Source: Octopus bimaculoides (taxonomy: Eukaryota). Taken from it: a stretch of 64,000 nt of DNA. A model generated the notes under the pieces. It saw only the letters and a list, made by a program, of their open reading frames with translations, did no database searches and was not told where the DNA came from. Location: contig NC_068982.1 of the NCBI RefSeq assembly GCF_001194135.2, forward strand, positions 132,079,325-132,143,324, written 5' to 3'. Positions 27,807-42,871 of the stretch are shown here, piece after piece; position 1 is the first letter of the stretch, and each line of letters opens with the position of its first letter. Position numbers and translations under genes: made by a program.

Positions 27807-28198
27807 ACAAGCATATAAAAAAACTATTTACATATATATACATACACACACAGAATGTGTATTTGTGTGTGTGAGTGTGTGCGTGTGCGTGTGTGTGCAC
27901 GCGTGTGTGCACGCGTGTGTGCCTGTGTGTGTGATTTAACCGTGTATATCATGAATACAATACATAACGAAATATCTAGCCTGAGGCATAATAGCACAAA
28001 GTACTCTATAAATACTTATCAATAAGCTAGGATATTTACAGCTACGACGACAGTCTATGTGATAAATATGGAACGTAATTAATTCAGAATGATATCTGTT
28101 TAGCGCTGGAACAGGGCCTGTTCACACACATTCACACACATATCTAAGAAAGCAAATATTTTCTATGTACACATAGATACATATATACATACATATAT

Positions 28199-28249
<51 letters not shown>

Positions 28250-29192
28250 NNNNNNNNNNNNNNNNNNNNNNNNNNNNNNNNNNNNNNNNNNNNNNNNNNN
28301 NNNNNNNNNNNNNNNNNNNNNNNNNNNNNNNNNNNNNNNNNNNNNNNNNNNNNNNNNNNNNNNNNNNNNNNNNNNNNNNNNNNNNNNNNNNNNNNNNNNN
28401 NNNNNNNNNNNNNNNNNNNNNNNNNNNNNNNNNNNNNNNNNNNNNNNNNNNNNNNNNNNNNNNNNNNNNNNNNNNNNNNNNNNNNNNNNNNNNNNNNNNN
28501 NNNNNNNNNNNNNNNNNNNNNNNNNNNNNNNNNNNNNNNNNNNNNNNNNNNNNNNNNNNNNNNNNNNNNNNNNNNNNNNNNNNNNNNNNNNNNNNNNNNN
28601 NNNNNNNNNNNNNNNNNNNNNNNNNNNNNNNNNNNNNNNNNNNNNNNNNNNNNNNNNNNNNNNNNNNNNNNNNNNNNNNNNNNNNNNNNNNNNNNNNNNN
28701 NNNNNNNNNNNNNNNNNNNNNNNNNNNNNNNNNNNNNNNNNNNNNNNNNNNNNNNNNNNNNNNNNNNNNNNNNNNNNNNNNNNNNNNNNNNNNNNNNNNN
28801 NNNNNNNNNNNNNNNNNNNNNNNNNNNNNNNNNNNNNNNNNNNNNNNNNNNNNNNNNNNNNNNNNNNNNNNNNNNNNNNNNNNNNNNNNNNNNNNNNNNN
28901 NNNNNNNNNNNNNNNNNNNNNNNNNNNNNNNNNNNNNNNNNNNNNNNNNNNNNNNNNNNNNNNNNNNNNNNNNNNNNNNNNNNNNNNNNNNNNNNNNNNN
29001 NNNNNNNNNNNNNNNNNNNNNNNNNNNNNNNNNNNNNNNNNNNNNNNNNNNNNNNNNNNNNNNNNNNNNNNNNNNNNNNNNNNNNNNNNNNNNNNNNNNN
29101 NNNNNNNNNNNNNNNNNNNNNNNNNNNNNNNNNNNNNNNNNNNNNNNNNNNNNNNNNNNNNNNNNNNNNNNNNNNNNNNNNNNNNNNNNNNN

Positions 29193-29473
29193 CCGAACGC
29201 TAAATTACGGGTACGTAAACACACCACCATCGGTTGTCAAGCGATGCTGGGGGGGACAAACACAGACACACAAACATATACACACACATACATATATATA
29301 CATATATACGACGGGCTTCTTTCAGTTTCCGTCTACCAAATCCACTCACAAGGTTTTGGTCGGCCCTAGGATATAATAGAAGACACTTGCCCAAGGTGCC
29401 ACGTAGTGGGAATGAATCCGGAACTATGTGGTTGGCAAGCAAGCTACTTACCACACAGCCACTCCTGCGCCTA
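29193..29473 (-). mobile_element. SINE family 1, 3' end lost in a gap
   Basis: Reverse-complement homology to 8639-8900. Confidence 0.9.
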
Positions 29474-29904
29474 TGTATGTATGTATTTTAAGGTTTTGCC
29501 TTGACGTAGCGATACTGGTAAAGTGTGGTTAGAACTTCATAAGCGTTTGATGAGTACAGAGCGAAGTATGAAATTAAATAATGACAAAGGAACAGGAAAT
29601 TATGCAATGAACTACATTAATTTACGGCTATCACCTTATAGCCTCCTTGGAGCTCCGAGGGAGTCATAAGGTGATGCGCAAGTACTCAGTTCTATGTGTA
29701 CTGCATCTATAGCAGAAACAGCTGTAAGATAATGAAGTTCATTGTATAATTTCCAGTTCATTTGTCATTTATTTCATTTCATATATATATATGTATGTAT
29801 ATATGCATGTGTATGAGAGAGAGAGAGAGAGAGTAGGTATATTCATGTGTGTGTGTATTCCTGCGTATACATACATACATGCACGCATGCACACATACAT
29901 ACAT

Positions 29905-30012
29905 ACATTTAAATATATATGAGCATGTCTAGATATGCAACTATATGCATGACAAGACATGCATAAAGCAAAACATACAAATCTGCATATATACATAAAT
30001 GCATACATACAT

Positions 30013-30063
<51 letters not shown>

Positions 30064-30102
30064 TACATACATACATACATACATACAAACGANNNNNNNN
30101 NN

Positions 30103-30153
<51 letters not shown>

Positions 30154-30300
30154 TACATACATACATACATACATACAAACGAAAATACCTTATTGTTGAT
30201 GTTGAAATTCTAAAGGAGCCTTGAATCCAGGTTAGAAACTGACTCTTTCTCTATTGGCAAAAAATCTTGAAATAAAACTGAACAATGACATACACACATA
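29905..30300 (+). mobile_element. 3'UTR fragment of the same LINE family as 56100-57620, with (TACA)n tracts
   Basis: agcatgtctagatatgcaactatatgcatga..gcaaaacatacaaatctgcatatatacata matches 57515-57615. Assignment of 30180-30300 to the element is inferred. Confidence 0.6.
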
Positions 30301-30482
30301 CATATATACATGCTTACATATATACATATATACATACATGCATATAGTAACAGATTAAGGGAGAATAGAAGAGAAAAACGGTAGAGGAGAGAAGAATAAA
30401 ATGTCTGTGGATATAACTGAAATTCTTCTTTGTACAAGACTGGAAAGAATTCAACTTAGAGATCAATACATACGCACACACG

Positions 30483-30572
<90 letters not shown>

Positions 30573-30750
30573 GTGAAAGTGATAAAACGGAATGACATAA
30601 AATTTTATGCAAGATGAACATATGCATCATACAAATCCTTTCCCTTTGAATGTTTTGCGTGTGATTCCGATCAAGCTACACAGTGCAAATGTCTATGGTA
30701 TAGACATATACATATCTACATAAATCCGCGCGCGTATGTGTTTGTGTTTG

Positions 30751-30805
<55 letters not shown>

Positions 30806-32336
30806 GTGTATGTGTGTATGTGATTACTGTATACATGTAGCATACACATACTCACACATATACATAATGACTCGCTTAAGCGGTTTCACATGAATAAATT
30901 TATATTAAAATACAGAAAGAAGAAAATACATATACAAAAGTTAGAAATATTTACATTTTTATGTAAACTTGCTTCTGGCGATTTAGTGAAGCTGAAATGA
31001 GTGAGAAAATATATTGCAATAATTTCTATTAAAATTCATTTTTCCTGATATCGTTTCTGGAAGCCTACTTTTTTACACATCGTTTTTCTACAAAAATTAC
31101 AAAATGCGGATCGGAATGTCACCAACGTTCCGAGCCGACTGTTGCACTTGGAAACATTGACAACTCTTCAGAGATATTAACCGGAAGGGCATAGCCTTTT
31201 TCTTTTACAGTGAAAATGATTATATAGTTCTGGTTCGCTAAGTCATGATGAAAAAGCGGAATGAAAAAGTGATGAAAAGTTATAGCATTTTCCAAAAAGT
31301 TATAGCATTTTGTGTTTTCGAATTCAGGAAGGCAACTGATTGTGCGAACATTTTCGAATAATGCACCTCTCGGTCAAGTAAAACTTGCAATGACTACTTC
31401 CTTTCAGATCTAGCTCAGGCTGTTTCAGAAGATTCCAGTTGCTTATATTCGGGGTTTCTTCCTCTTTTAATCGCCATATATAACTGGGTAATATTGTAAC
31501 TTTGCACCTCACCTTGACTCTAAAAGAGGATCTGTGATCATTTAAGTTGGCTTTGAAGGGGTTCTCAATTGCCCAACCATATTTCTGTGTGTGTGTGTGT
31601 GTGTGTTGTACAACACTTCTTCGACTTCATAGACCACGCTCTCTGTGTTCCATTGGCCATTGACTGTGCACTCACTGTTAAACCAACGTTTGCGTCCTAT
31701 CATGCCTCTGCGTGAGGCTTTGGGAAATTCGCTAATGCTTTTTGCTCACTTTCTTCACTCAACGTTAAAACCTTCTTCCTTAGATTAGTGGATAGGCCTT
31801 TTGCACACTCGCATAGTCATAGGAAATTATTCAATATGTATATCTTAAAGGTCTCCTTCTGCTGTGTTCATGGCATGAAGTAGAAGGGACTATTTAACTA
31901 ATAAACCTCTCCTTCTTTACTCAGGAGACAATTCTCACTAAATTATCGTGCTTTTTCCTATATGAGTGAAATAGACAAATTGTAACTGTATTATATTCGT
32001 TCATTCGGTAATGGTTAAATGACTGTGGATTCCATCATGTAATATGCATAATATAATGTACGTGACTATATCATTGTCTTAGTCCATATATTTTTGCATT
32101 ACATTAGATTTGTCAGTCACACTTTGCTGAAACTACTGTAAAAAAAAAAGAATTAATGTAATACTAGTGTCTCCATTTTCCATTTATTATTAATACTCAA
32201 CGACGGTAGAAAAATTTCTGGAATTTCCATTTTTCAAAACCTATGTTTCTAGCGGAGATTTTCTCCTTCATACAAGTTCAGATAGCTGTTGCTCGAGGAA
32301 GGGTTGCCTGAATTATCTGATCTCCTCTCACTCACT

Positions 32337-32385
<49 letters not shown>

Positions 32386-32549
32386 CGCGCGCGCACACAC
32401 GCACACAAGGAAACACAAACATATACATATACATACGTGTGCACACCTGGAGATGCGTAACATATGCATATATACACAGATATCGACAGACGGACAGGTG
32501 GACAGAGATAGATCGACAGATAAATAGTCAGACAGACAGACAGACAGAC

Positions 32550-32603
<54 letters not shown>

Positions 32604-32946
32604 ATGTACATATGCATATATATTTATATATATGTATGTATGGATGTATGTATATATATATANNNNNNNNNNNNNNNNNNNNNNNNNNNNNNNNNNNNNN
32701 NNNNNNNNNNNNNNNNNNNNNNNNNNNNNNNNNNNNNNNNNNNNNNNNNNNNNNNNNNNNNNNNNNNNNNNNNNNNNNNNNNNNNNNNNNNNNNNNNNNN
32801 NNNNNNNNNNNNNNNNNNNNNNNNNNNNNNNNNNNNNNNNNNNNNNNNNNNNNNNNNNNNNNNNNNNNNNNNNNNNNNNNNNNNNNNNNNNNNNNNNNNN
32901 NNNNNNNNNNNNNNNNNNNNNNNNNNNNNNNNNNNNNNNNNNNNNN

Positions 32947-33019
<73 letters not shown>

Positions 33020-34182
33020 TACGTCAGAATGTAACTTGATTGTTTTTCAAGTGTATCTGTTTTAGCTGTATTTATATATCATTCTATCATTGCTGCAAAA
33101 TGGCGGTTTCTTGTGATTTTTTCCCCATTTCTATGAGAAAGGTTTTTGCCTAGAAAGGAAAAAGTGATTTTAAATCCCATAATTTACAATTATCCTATAT
33201 TGATTAATGATAAATCCATATTAATCTTTCCGATTCAGGCCTATTAAACTGAGACATACCCGTTGTTTTACCGGATGTCATTAAAGACAGGATCCTCTTC
33301 ATTCTGTATTGTTTATTTTGTCTAAAAATACCCATCTTATAGCTTGTCTGATATAAGTATTTCCAAAACTCATGCAGGGAGTTCTTATCTGCTAATTACT
33401 TTATAACCTTAGCTGATAGAAGTCCTTAAACTCATTGTATTATGTGTGTGATAGCATACCAAAATGGTGATTTCAAATATTATACTTTAATTTTATTTTA
33501 CTTTCTTCTCGTCTTTTTATCTATTTATTTTTTATTTAGAGTTGTGTACGATAAATTAAGTACCCGACAAAATGCCTTAAAATATTGAATCACATCACTT
33601 CCTTACCAAGAGGTCCTTGACAGCTCTATCTGTTTCCTTCGTTCTCTAGTCCCTAAGTTCTCACTTGATTTCTGTCATGCCTGAAAATACATTTTCTCTA
33701 AGCTAAGACTGTGTAGCCAGAGAAAATATGGTTATGTAATAGTTTCTTCTAAACTTCCTTTTATTCTTTAGTTAATGTATTTTACTTCATTATTTGCATT
33801 CAATTGTTTCTCGTGGGAAGGCTTTATTCCTATGTTAACGTCAAAAATATTTCGTTCTTAAGATTGAGTTTTAGGCTTTTCAGCGACGCTGCCATTTTAT
33901 TTATTAAATTTTTTTCTTTTTTCATTCTCTGCTTTGATTCTTTGCAATTGCCTTTTCAGGTATAAGTCCCGTGGGAGCTTTTCTTGCTGTCGTTTTAACA
34001 AGGCTTTCTGAAGCTTAATTAACACTGAGATTTTGGCTTTTACATGATTTCTGTTCCTTAACATTTCTCCTCATAACTATTTGTTACATCAACCTCTTCT
34101 TCCATTTTGAAGGCGTATTCCACATCAACAAAACAGCTTTTTCTTTTGCTCTGTTGCTGTTATTATTATTAATAGATGTTGT

Positions 34183-34214
<32 letters not shown>

Positions 34215-34234
34215 TCACCCTTTTATTATTATTA

Positions 34235-34271
<37 letters not shown>

Positions 34272-34272
<1 letters not shown>

Positions 34273-34363
34273 CTCGGCGGAATTTGAACTCAGAACGGAA
34301 AGACGGACGAAGTACGCAAAGCATTTTGTCTGGCGTGCAAACGATTCTGCCAGCTCAACGCCT
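34272..34363 (-). mobile_element. SINE family 2 head embedded between trinucleotide arrays
   Basis: cctcggcggaatttgaactcagaac..acgattctgccagctc. Confidence 0.85.
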
Positions 34364-34364
34364 A

Positions 34365-34415
<51 letters not shown>

Positions 34416-34584
34416 AATAGTTGTCTCAGTGAATTTTCTTTCCTTTTTTCCCCTTTTATTTTTCGTTTTCTTTTTCAATTTTTTTCTTTTTTTTCTTCTT
34501 TCCTTTTTCTCTGTCTTTGTTCCCCTTCTTTTTCTATTTGAAATTAACAATCCGGTATGTTTATTGTGATAGCCTACCAATGTT

Positions 34585-34678
34585 AACAGTGAGGTTCTTT
34601 GCCCTAGGTGCTGGGAAGACACTCGGCAAGAAATGGAAACAAAATTGAAAAACATGTCAATAATAATAATAATAATAA
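34585..34678 (+). mobile_element. Probable LINE 3' terminus with (TAA)n tail
   Basis: tgccctaggtgctgggaagacactcgg..aaaacatgtc followed by (AAT)n. Recognised only by its resemblance to R4-type ends. Confidence 0.35.
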
Positions 34679-36909
34679 CGAATCGATAATTATTAAACTT
34701 CTTGCATAATCTTTGAAGAAGTAAAAAAGAATGGAATAGAATTACAGTTCATTGAATGATGTTCTTTATTATATACATATATTCGAGAGGTTGAATATCT
34801 AATTTGGAAGACGTGGACGTTGGGTTTGTAATAGTATGAAACTTTATGCCGTATGCTTTACAAATAAACAATCTGGGAGCATTTCCGGATGCAATGGAGG
34901 TTTTGATGTGGAAAATTGGTGATGATATTAGTGTACTTAGATCTGTTCGCTGAAGCATTTCACACATTACTGATAATTTGAGAGAAAATCGTATTTCTGT
35001 GCGAGATGAAGTGAGGCTGTTTCTATTTATCATTTGGTCACGGAAATAGAGAAAATCATAGACAGTTTTTAAGTTATCCTAGAAAAGAAGTTTCTGAGAT
35101 TTTTTATCAAATTTATTAGGTTTAACCTTCATGTTTTAGTTCTTTGAAAACAATCGTAGATGTTAAACTGTGATCGGAAGAGTATTGCAGAGAAATATTG
35201 CGGCTGGGAGACAGAATAGAGTAAAGTAATTTTAATTAAATATTCTTGATTTACTGCATAATGTTATCACCGACTTTATCCTTTGGTTTTCATGCAGAGC
35301 ATGTCCCGAGACAATTTTCTAACTAGCCTTTAAGTATTAAAGAATCTAAAGAAAGATATACAGTGTAAATGTCAGATGGAGTGAATAATATAGTAATCTC
35401 CTTATTATTAGAGACCGTTGTCAGAAAGCCGGCTTCTATTAAGAGAATGCTGTGTTGTAACAATAAAGGAGACGTAAAGAGAATTCTGTGGAAAATAATT
35501 TCAACATATATTCTGTATTATAACGAGAGCTGTATGAGGTTTATAGTCTACAGTGGAGTTTATATTTTATTGAGTCGGTTGATTGATTTATATTCTGCAT
35601 CAAACTGTATGTTAAGGATGGAACAGTTTGAATTATTATGACATAAGCAATTTCAAATACATTAACTTTATAGTCTAAATAATAATTATGTAGTCGATCG
35701 CATTGGCCAGTCATTCAAAGTCAGTCCAATGTAATTCAGAATTCAACCATTTCATTAATCCTAAAAGAACCAATAACTGTCAACTGTCTTCAAGAGAATC
35801 GTGAATATAAAAGCAAACACAAATTTAACTATGAGTATATTGTATGTATTTGTTCGCCGTGTGATTAAAGCATTCGTGGCATCTTAAGCAAATCATCCCA
35901 CAACAACTGCTAAAGTTCAGGCGAAACCCACAATAAAGTATTTCTCCCACATTTGGTATAATGTCGCTGCTATACAGACTTACAGCTTAAACGACAATCA
36001 AATAAAGCAACCCACTTAACTGGCGCATACCGATCGCTGTGCCACAGGCGTGATATCTCCTCTCTCTGCCTTTTCTATATCTACTAGAATTTTTATGGAG
36101 GTGAATGACATCATGTCACTTTCTTTCAGACGGTCCCATTTAATTCATCCCTCTTCTCATTCGCCACATTGTGTTTACACTTCAGGTTCTAGCTACTACA
36201 TCCGGTCCTTCATTCTCTCCCTATAATTTTCTTCTGTGCTCATGGTATTTGTTCTGCAACCGTTGACAACAGTTTAAGTAGAACGTTAACTTTCTGGTTG
36301 ATCTTGAAGAGCCTATGCAACAGTGTCATTTTCCATAGATTTCGAAGTTAAATTGGGTCGACATGAACTGAGTGAAAGACCATCAGACGAACTGCACTTG
36401 CATTCGGGTGGCACACTTAATCTCACAGCATTATTGACACAACCGCCCCCTCCTTGGGTATTTTTAGTGAAGTCTATTATGTTGAATTGACAGAATCGAT
36501 AAAGAGCCAGATATCTTGCGGTTTTGTTTTGATTCATTAAATTCTGAGTTCAAATTAAATTGAAGGAAACATTACCGTTCATCCATCTGGGATAGATAAA
36601 TAGAGTAACAATCAAATAATGAATCAAAGTATAATCAATTGTCTCTACTTCCTCAAACTTTATATTTGGGCCTATGTTAGACTTTATGCTCCAAGCATTC
36701 AGAACGTCTCCAGACAATATCTCTTAATGTACTGCTTATTATTCCAGCCACATAATAAAACTTGGTTAACTCCTTCCCTTGTCCTATCAGTTTTGGAGGA
36801 TGTACAAAGCCGTCATGAGCAGTTCTTTGCCTTTTTTAAGCAAGTTATAATATGCGCACATGTCTTTCAACTTTAGTGGAAGAATTGTCAGATACTCCTA
36901 CTTTCTCAC

Positions 36910-36956
<47 letters not shown>

Positions 36957-37672
36957 TCTCTCTTCTCTTTCTTTCACATTCAAATTTCTTAGGGTATAAA
37001 AACAAAATTGGAAATATAAAAGAATATGCCAAATAACCGAAAAATATTTTCCAGTTTGATATATGAATATGTTTTATGTGTTATGGAAATAACGATTTGG
37101 TAGGCTTTTTCAATAAAACATCAATCATTTTACATTCCTATAATTACATTATACTCCATTATACTATATCATACAGATGCATTTTTATATGTACGTACAG
37201 GCATATATATCTCACTTTTTCTTTTCTGTTCTTTATATATATACATATATATAAGTAAATTTGTGGGTGTACATACTTTATTAATGCATTAATGCATGCC
37301 AATGTCTATAAATATCTGTTTATCTCCATGTCCACATCTATATTTGATATGAACAATAATTATATAAGATTGATTATTCAAAAGAGGAAATTATTCTTTT
37401 TATTTAAATACCAAAATCGGCAGCCCTTAATTCTAAGCAGCTATGGATTTTACTTGAGGAATCATGCTATATCGAATATTGGTAGGAAATTGTTAGTATT
37501 CTTTCATTACTGATTTTATATGCGTATTCTATGATGAAAGAAAACTCAACGACAGCAACTTTATTTTTCGCGTATTTTATCTATTTCTAGATTATTTTCT
37601 AGTAAGAACATAAAATGCTATTACATGTATATATATATATACGTATATATGTGTGTGTGTGAGTGTGTGCGT

Positions 37673-37703
<31 letters not shown>

Positions 37704-37723
37704 NNNNNNNNNNNNNNNNNNNN

Positions 37724-37784
<61 letters not shown>

Positions 37785-38775
37785 AAGACAGAAAGAGAGA
37801 CAGAGAGTGAGAGACAGACAAACAGACAGACAGATAGATATACATAGATAGATTTATATATATATAAATATACATACATGCATACATACAAGCATACACG
37901 TATATAAGGGGTTAGAGTGTATCAGTATGGACATATATTACGTGTACGTTTGTATTGTATATATACATATACATGTATATATTATGTATGCATGCATAAA
38001 TATGCATACATGTATAATATATATATGTATGTGCGAGTGTCTTAATACACAATACACACTAAATACATGATTTATTGTGTACATCAGTCTTTTTTTCTCT
38101 CCTTTTTCCTTCTTCTGGATATTTCTCTTATCTCATCTCATTGTCATCCTTGTTTTGTTATTACTTCATCGTTTTAGTCGTCGTTCATCAGATTTGCGTG
38201 CGTGCCTTTCGTTACTATTGTTCCCAGCACACTGGCGTAGTTGCCTGTAGCCCAATACTCTCTGTTCAGAAACATTATCACGAGCAAAGAAGATCAACCA
38301 TCGTAACTTAAAGTTTTACAATGGCTTCTTTTAGATTTTTATCGTTCGTGACGAGTTAGCGATCAGAGTTCTGTCAGAGTTAGCTACGGGCACTAAAGGG
38401 GAATAAAAAAAAAAACATACAGCTAAGCTGTTGCGAACCACGTAATATGTTTTAAAGATTTCTTTTCAATCCTCACCACTGTTAAAATCTCGACCTCTAT
38501 AAGCACTAGTTCCTGGGGCATCGTTAAAACCTCGGTTGCTATAACTATTGAATTCTGGAATCTGCAATGTCTGTCGTCAGTAGGTTAATATTTCTATACT
38601 TCATTTTTATTTACATAACTGGGTGTTATTGAATAAATAAACATGATGTACTTGATGATAGTTGTTAAGTTAGCGTTAAAATATTCACTGCAAAGAGTAT
38701 TATAAAAACAAGCTAGAAATAATTATGCAGTAAGATGGAGATAGCAATGTTTTATGCATTTCCTAATTCTGATTT

Positions 38776-38982
38776 GATTTCAAATTTTGGCAGAAGGCCA
38801 GCAATTTCAGGGAAGGAGTAAGTTTATTCCATTGACCCTAGTATTCAACTGGTACTTCTTTTATCGACCTCGAAAAGATGAATGGCAAAGTCAACCTCTG
38901 TGGAATTTGAACTCCGAACTTAGAGACGGACGAAATGCCACTAAGCATTTTGCCCCGGCGTGCTAACGATTCTGCCAGCTTA
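38776..38982 (-). mobile_element. SINE family 2, full length
   Basis: Head-to-tail reverse-complement homology to 46525-46740. Confidence 0.9.
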
Positions 38983-39621
38983 TCGTCTTTATTCAGTTAC
39001 TAATATTAAATATTAAATGTCAACGAATTGACTAATAACAAAAGAAGGGAAATAGAACCAGTATGTGTGTTTCTTATTGGCATAATGACCTTCCCGAGAT
39101 ACTATAAGATGTGTATCAATACATGAGTTCATATCAAGAAACTTCTGAAAGAAATACAAAAGCAAAATATCAAATTTTTCCTTAAGTACGATAGAGTTTT
39201 CGTGTATATATACTGTCACGGATTGCATTACGATGCATCAGTAGCCGTTTGTTATATTTTCAGTCTGAAATAGTTATTAGCAGACGTATATGTCTATATT
39301 CAAATATTTATTGTTAGCTTATAATTTATTCATATTATTTGAGGTAATTCTTGTCTATGAAAGTTGTTAACATCCCCCTTAAAATACTGTTGCAAGAAAT
39401 AGAAATCATAGGTCTAGCAAAGATTTATAGAAGATGATCTTCTGGGAATGAAAGACTGCGTGTAGTGTTTCTTGTGGAGATTAAGGTGTGAATACAATAT
39501 CGCTAACGAGAGAAGGGACGAATGAATCGGAATTCAACATGAAATAAAAATGATCTGCAATGACCCCTATTCTAATAAATGTTGTAAATACCTTGACCGT
39601 TGGACTGAATTTACGCATAGA

Positions 39622-39673
<52 letters not shown>

Positions 39674-39767
39674 GTTAATGTTTAATATATACAGTGAATA
39701 AAATTATTAATACTTTTCGGCATAAACCTGAATTTTGACAGACAGATAAACAGACAGACAAACAGAC

Positions 39768-39829
<62 letters not shown>

Positions 39830-41069
39830 GACGTGAGTTTCTTGTTTTCTCGTCCCATTTGTATGGGTCTATTATAAACAGAGAGGAAGCGTGTTTTCTT
39901 GTGTTTTTCTCCGTTTGGGGTAGAAAATGATTTTGCACTTTCTTTTTCCTCAGGCAAAACATAACATCTACTGAAATGATAATAAGGTGAGGTTCCCACA
40001 AAGATAAAAGCAACATTTATGCGGCCATCAAAAATAATTCCGTATATTTTTTAAATATGTACAGCTGAAAAAAAAAGAACGTAACTCTTAGTTAGATACT
40101 TGTTTCTTGACATATGCAAGTCAAAATTTTAATAACAGCTTCCCAAAAAAAGAAACGCAGAATATTGGTCGATTATTAAGAGAAATAGCAAAATCAGAGA
40201 TGTTTTACGTGAGATAGTGCTTTTAAGTTTGAGGAAAACATTCAGGAACTAGCAAGAAGGCAGGTAACCCCTATTTTTCGCAAAATAGAGAATACTTACA
40301 AAACCAATGCCCCGGTTGGCATGTAGATGGCTGTGGTTTCATTTCATTTACCGGAGTAGGACATATGGAGGCGTGTATCTAGTTTACAAGACCGAGAATG
40401 AGATGAGGAGATTGGCTGAGTTGTCGCATTATTGCGAATGCAAAGGTCACAGCCAGAAACATTGATATAACATTTATCCTTAGATCGTTACTACCTTTGC
40501 AACTCAGTCGGAGCAGTTGGAAAGAACGGAGATAAAAAGAAATAACATGCGGTGGGATTAGAACTGTATGGTCATGCAAGTCTTAATGAACCCTGCTCAC
40601 TACCTACTAATCGCAAAACAATATTCTGGAGTTGTGCTTTATTGTGAGTAGAAATGTAAGACATTAGACTGTGATGTTATGTAGAAAATCCAGTTGCTAT
40701 ATGAGATAGTAAGAGCTACTGGAGTAAGGCTAGACAAAAGTGAAAAACAATCCCTAAAATGAAAACAAAGAACGGGAAGAACAAAATATAAGAAATTAGC
40801 CATAAACAAGGATGTATAAGACACATGAGGAAGAGATCCTTCCCATAGGAGACATAAGATTTACGATACGCTAAACAACGAGTTTCTGATAGAACTTATG
40901 GAATGATTTAAGATGATGAGGGTTATGCGTTGACTCAGAAGAATGAAATAGGACAAGAATTGAAAAGATCCTCAAATGATAGACTACTTGTGAAAGGATA
41001 TCGATAGTTTGTTACAATATGGAACTAGCCTACACATGACACGTAGAATGTCATATACACATATAGTTT

Positions 41070-41336
41070 ATAGTAGCCCTGTAAAGGCGCGTGGATTAGT
41101 AATTGGAGTTTGTTATATCCTTGAGCAAGAGACCTTATTTCACGTTGCTCCAGTCTACTTAGCTGGCCAAAATGAGCTGTACCTGTACTTCAAATTCTGT
41201 CACACTGAAGATCCCTGATAACTACGTTAAGGGTACGCGTGTTAGTGGAGTGCTCAGCCATTTGCATTTCATTTGCATTAATTTCATGAGTAGACTGTTC
41301 CATCGTTTCGTTGAGCTGAAATACCTGTCGTCGTAA
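41070..41336 (+). mobile_element. Third SINE type with V/CORE-like and Nin-like segments
   Basis: TCCTTGAGCAAGAGACCTTATTTCACGTTGCTCCAGTC and CTCAGCCATTTGCA..TTAATTTCATGAG. Domain naming is from recall and is tentative. Confidence 0.5.
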
Positions 41337-41638
41337 ATGATGAAGTACCAGTTGATGTAGTAGCCCCAGTATCTAACTGGGGTTACTATAAATGCACGTA
41401 AGTATGAAAGACAAATTTACCTTGATGAGGTTTGTATGGGAAAATAAAAGGGCTGTAACTAAATAGCACAAAAATTTGATCCGACCGTGTACCGATTTTA
41501 CCAACTACCATCCTTTATCTAAAACATTGTTGATGGGTTTCTATTGATATTTTTATTTTTTCCTTTCAAATAAGTTTATCCCCTGTACTTGAAATCATAA
41601 ACTACCTAAATGTATTGTTTTGGGATTATATTTTACAG

Positions 41639-41690
41639 ATTATGCAAGACATAAATTGGAGGCATTGGCTCGATATCAAAGCCACCGACG
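41639..41690 (+). CDS. Second coding exon (propeptide, (Y)YARHKLEALARYQSHR(R))
   Basis: ttttacAG acceptor (41637-38) and GTACGT donor (41691). The 52-nt exon is open when entered in phase 1 and exits in phase 2, matching the exons on both sides. Confidence 0.75.
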
Positions 41691-42794
41691 GTACGTACTT
41701 TTTCACTTAATTCATATCAATCTAAAAGTACTTAGATTTGAAAGCTTACATGTTTTACCACAAAGTATATTTTTAAAATAATTTTCTCTCGACGTAGACT
41801 ATGATTTCTCTGGTCATAAACAGAGACTTAGCAACTATTTGTTAAAGAACTGGTGGGCTCTGTGAAACAAATGGTAAGCTCTTGTTGAAGATGCCACTTA
41901 AATAAAATCTTTAGAGAAAGCTTTTGTTATATGCCAAAAAAAAGTTATTTTTATATTTTACGAAAGCATAAAAGAAAAAGAAAATTTAATACAGTACAGT
42001 GTTTAGTTTTCGTCCTCTTAGTTTTGAGTTCATATACAGGGTTTCGCATAATAAGAGATACAGATTTTATTTGTAATTTACAAGAGTGCGAGTAATGCTT
42101 GTCTGGTATTCCATCATTAGTAAACATGCTTGTTTAAACAATGTTCCATCACTATGAGACACCGTGACCGGGTCGACCGTATCTTTCATGAAACAGATAT
42201 AAGTAGTTTGCAGGAACAGTATGTTTCTCTATCTCTCTTGAATATCACTTTGAATAAAACCAAAACTCGCAGATGCTAGATATAGTAATGCCAAACGTTT
42301 CATCTGGAAGAATTATAAATTTAGCTCACTGAAATTTACGATTCTAAGATGTTCATATGATATTTTCTAATCAAACATATGATAGGAAACGAGAACTTAT
42401 TTGAAACCATGGATCTCTTTCTGGCTAATATATGAGAGAAATAGAATTTTCATCTAGATTGGACGTCATTTCGTCGCCAATAGAGTTACTACATTTGATA
42501 GCTTTCTCTAAAGTTAGGAAGCAACCGCTTTCTTATTGCAAATTATATTTTGTGTATTGCAAATTACATTTGGCTTTCGTTGACTCGAAACAAGCTTTTC
42601 GATCTGTATCGAAAAATGAAATATATTTTCCAGCTGAGCCATACTAGATTAGCGACTGAAGTTAACCTACCATTTCATGGACGAAATCTGTGTTTGTATC
42701 ATCTAAGTGTGTGTATGTGTGTATATTCGTGGATAATTTTACATGCTTTCTTATTTGGATATGTGTATGACTATGTGCGCGTACACACACACAC

Positions 42795-42826
<32 letters not shown>

Positions 42827-42836
42827 NNNNNNNNNN

Positions 42837-42871
<35 letters not shown>

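Noticed and set aside
30000-30185. Apparent ~85-bp tandem duplication ending in catacaaacga
   Set aside because: The copies straddle a 10-N placeholder gap, typical of unmerged overlapping contig ends.
33959-36140. Strong-looking acceptors (ttttcAG at about 33959, 31209, 36128)
   Set aside because: No suitable donor or open phase-compatible frame follows.
41639-41690. Alternative reading of exon 2 as IMQDINWRHWLDIKATD
   Set aside because: This needs phase-0 entry and phase-1 exit, which is incompatible with the signal exon and would shift the Cys exon into a Cys-free frame with an early stop.
42043-42420. TACAGGGT start suggesting a Tc1/mariner MITE
   Set aside because: No matching inverted terminus was found.
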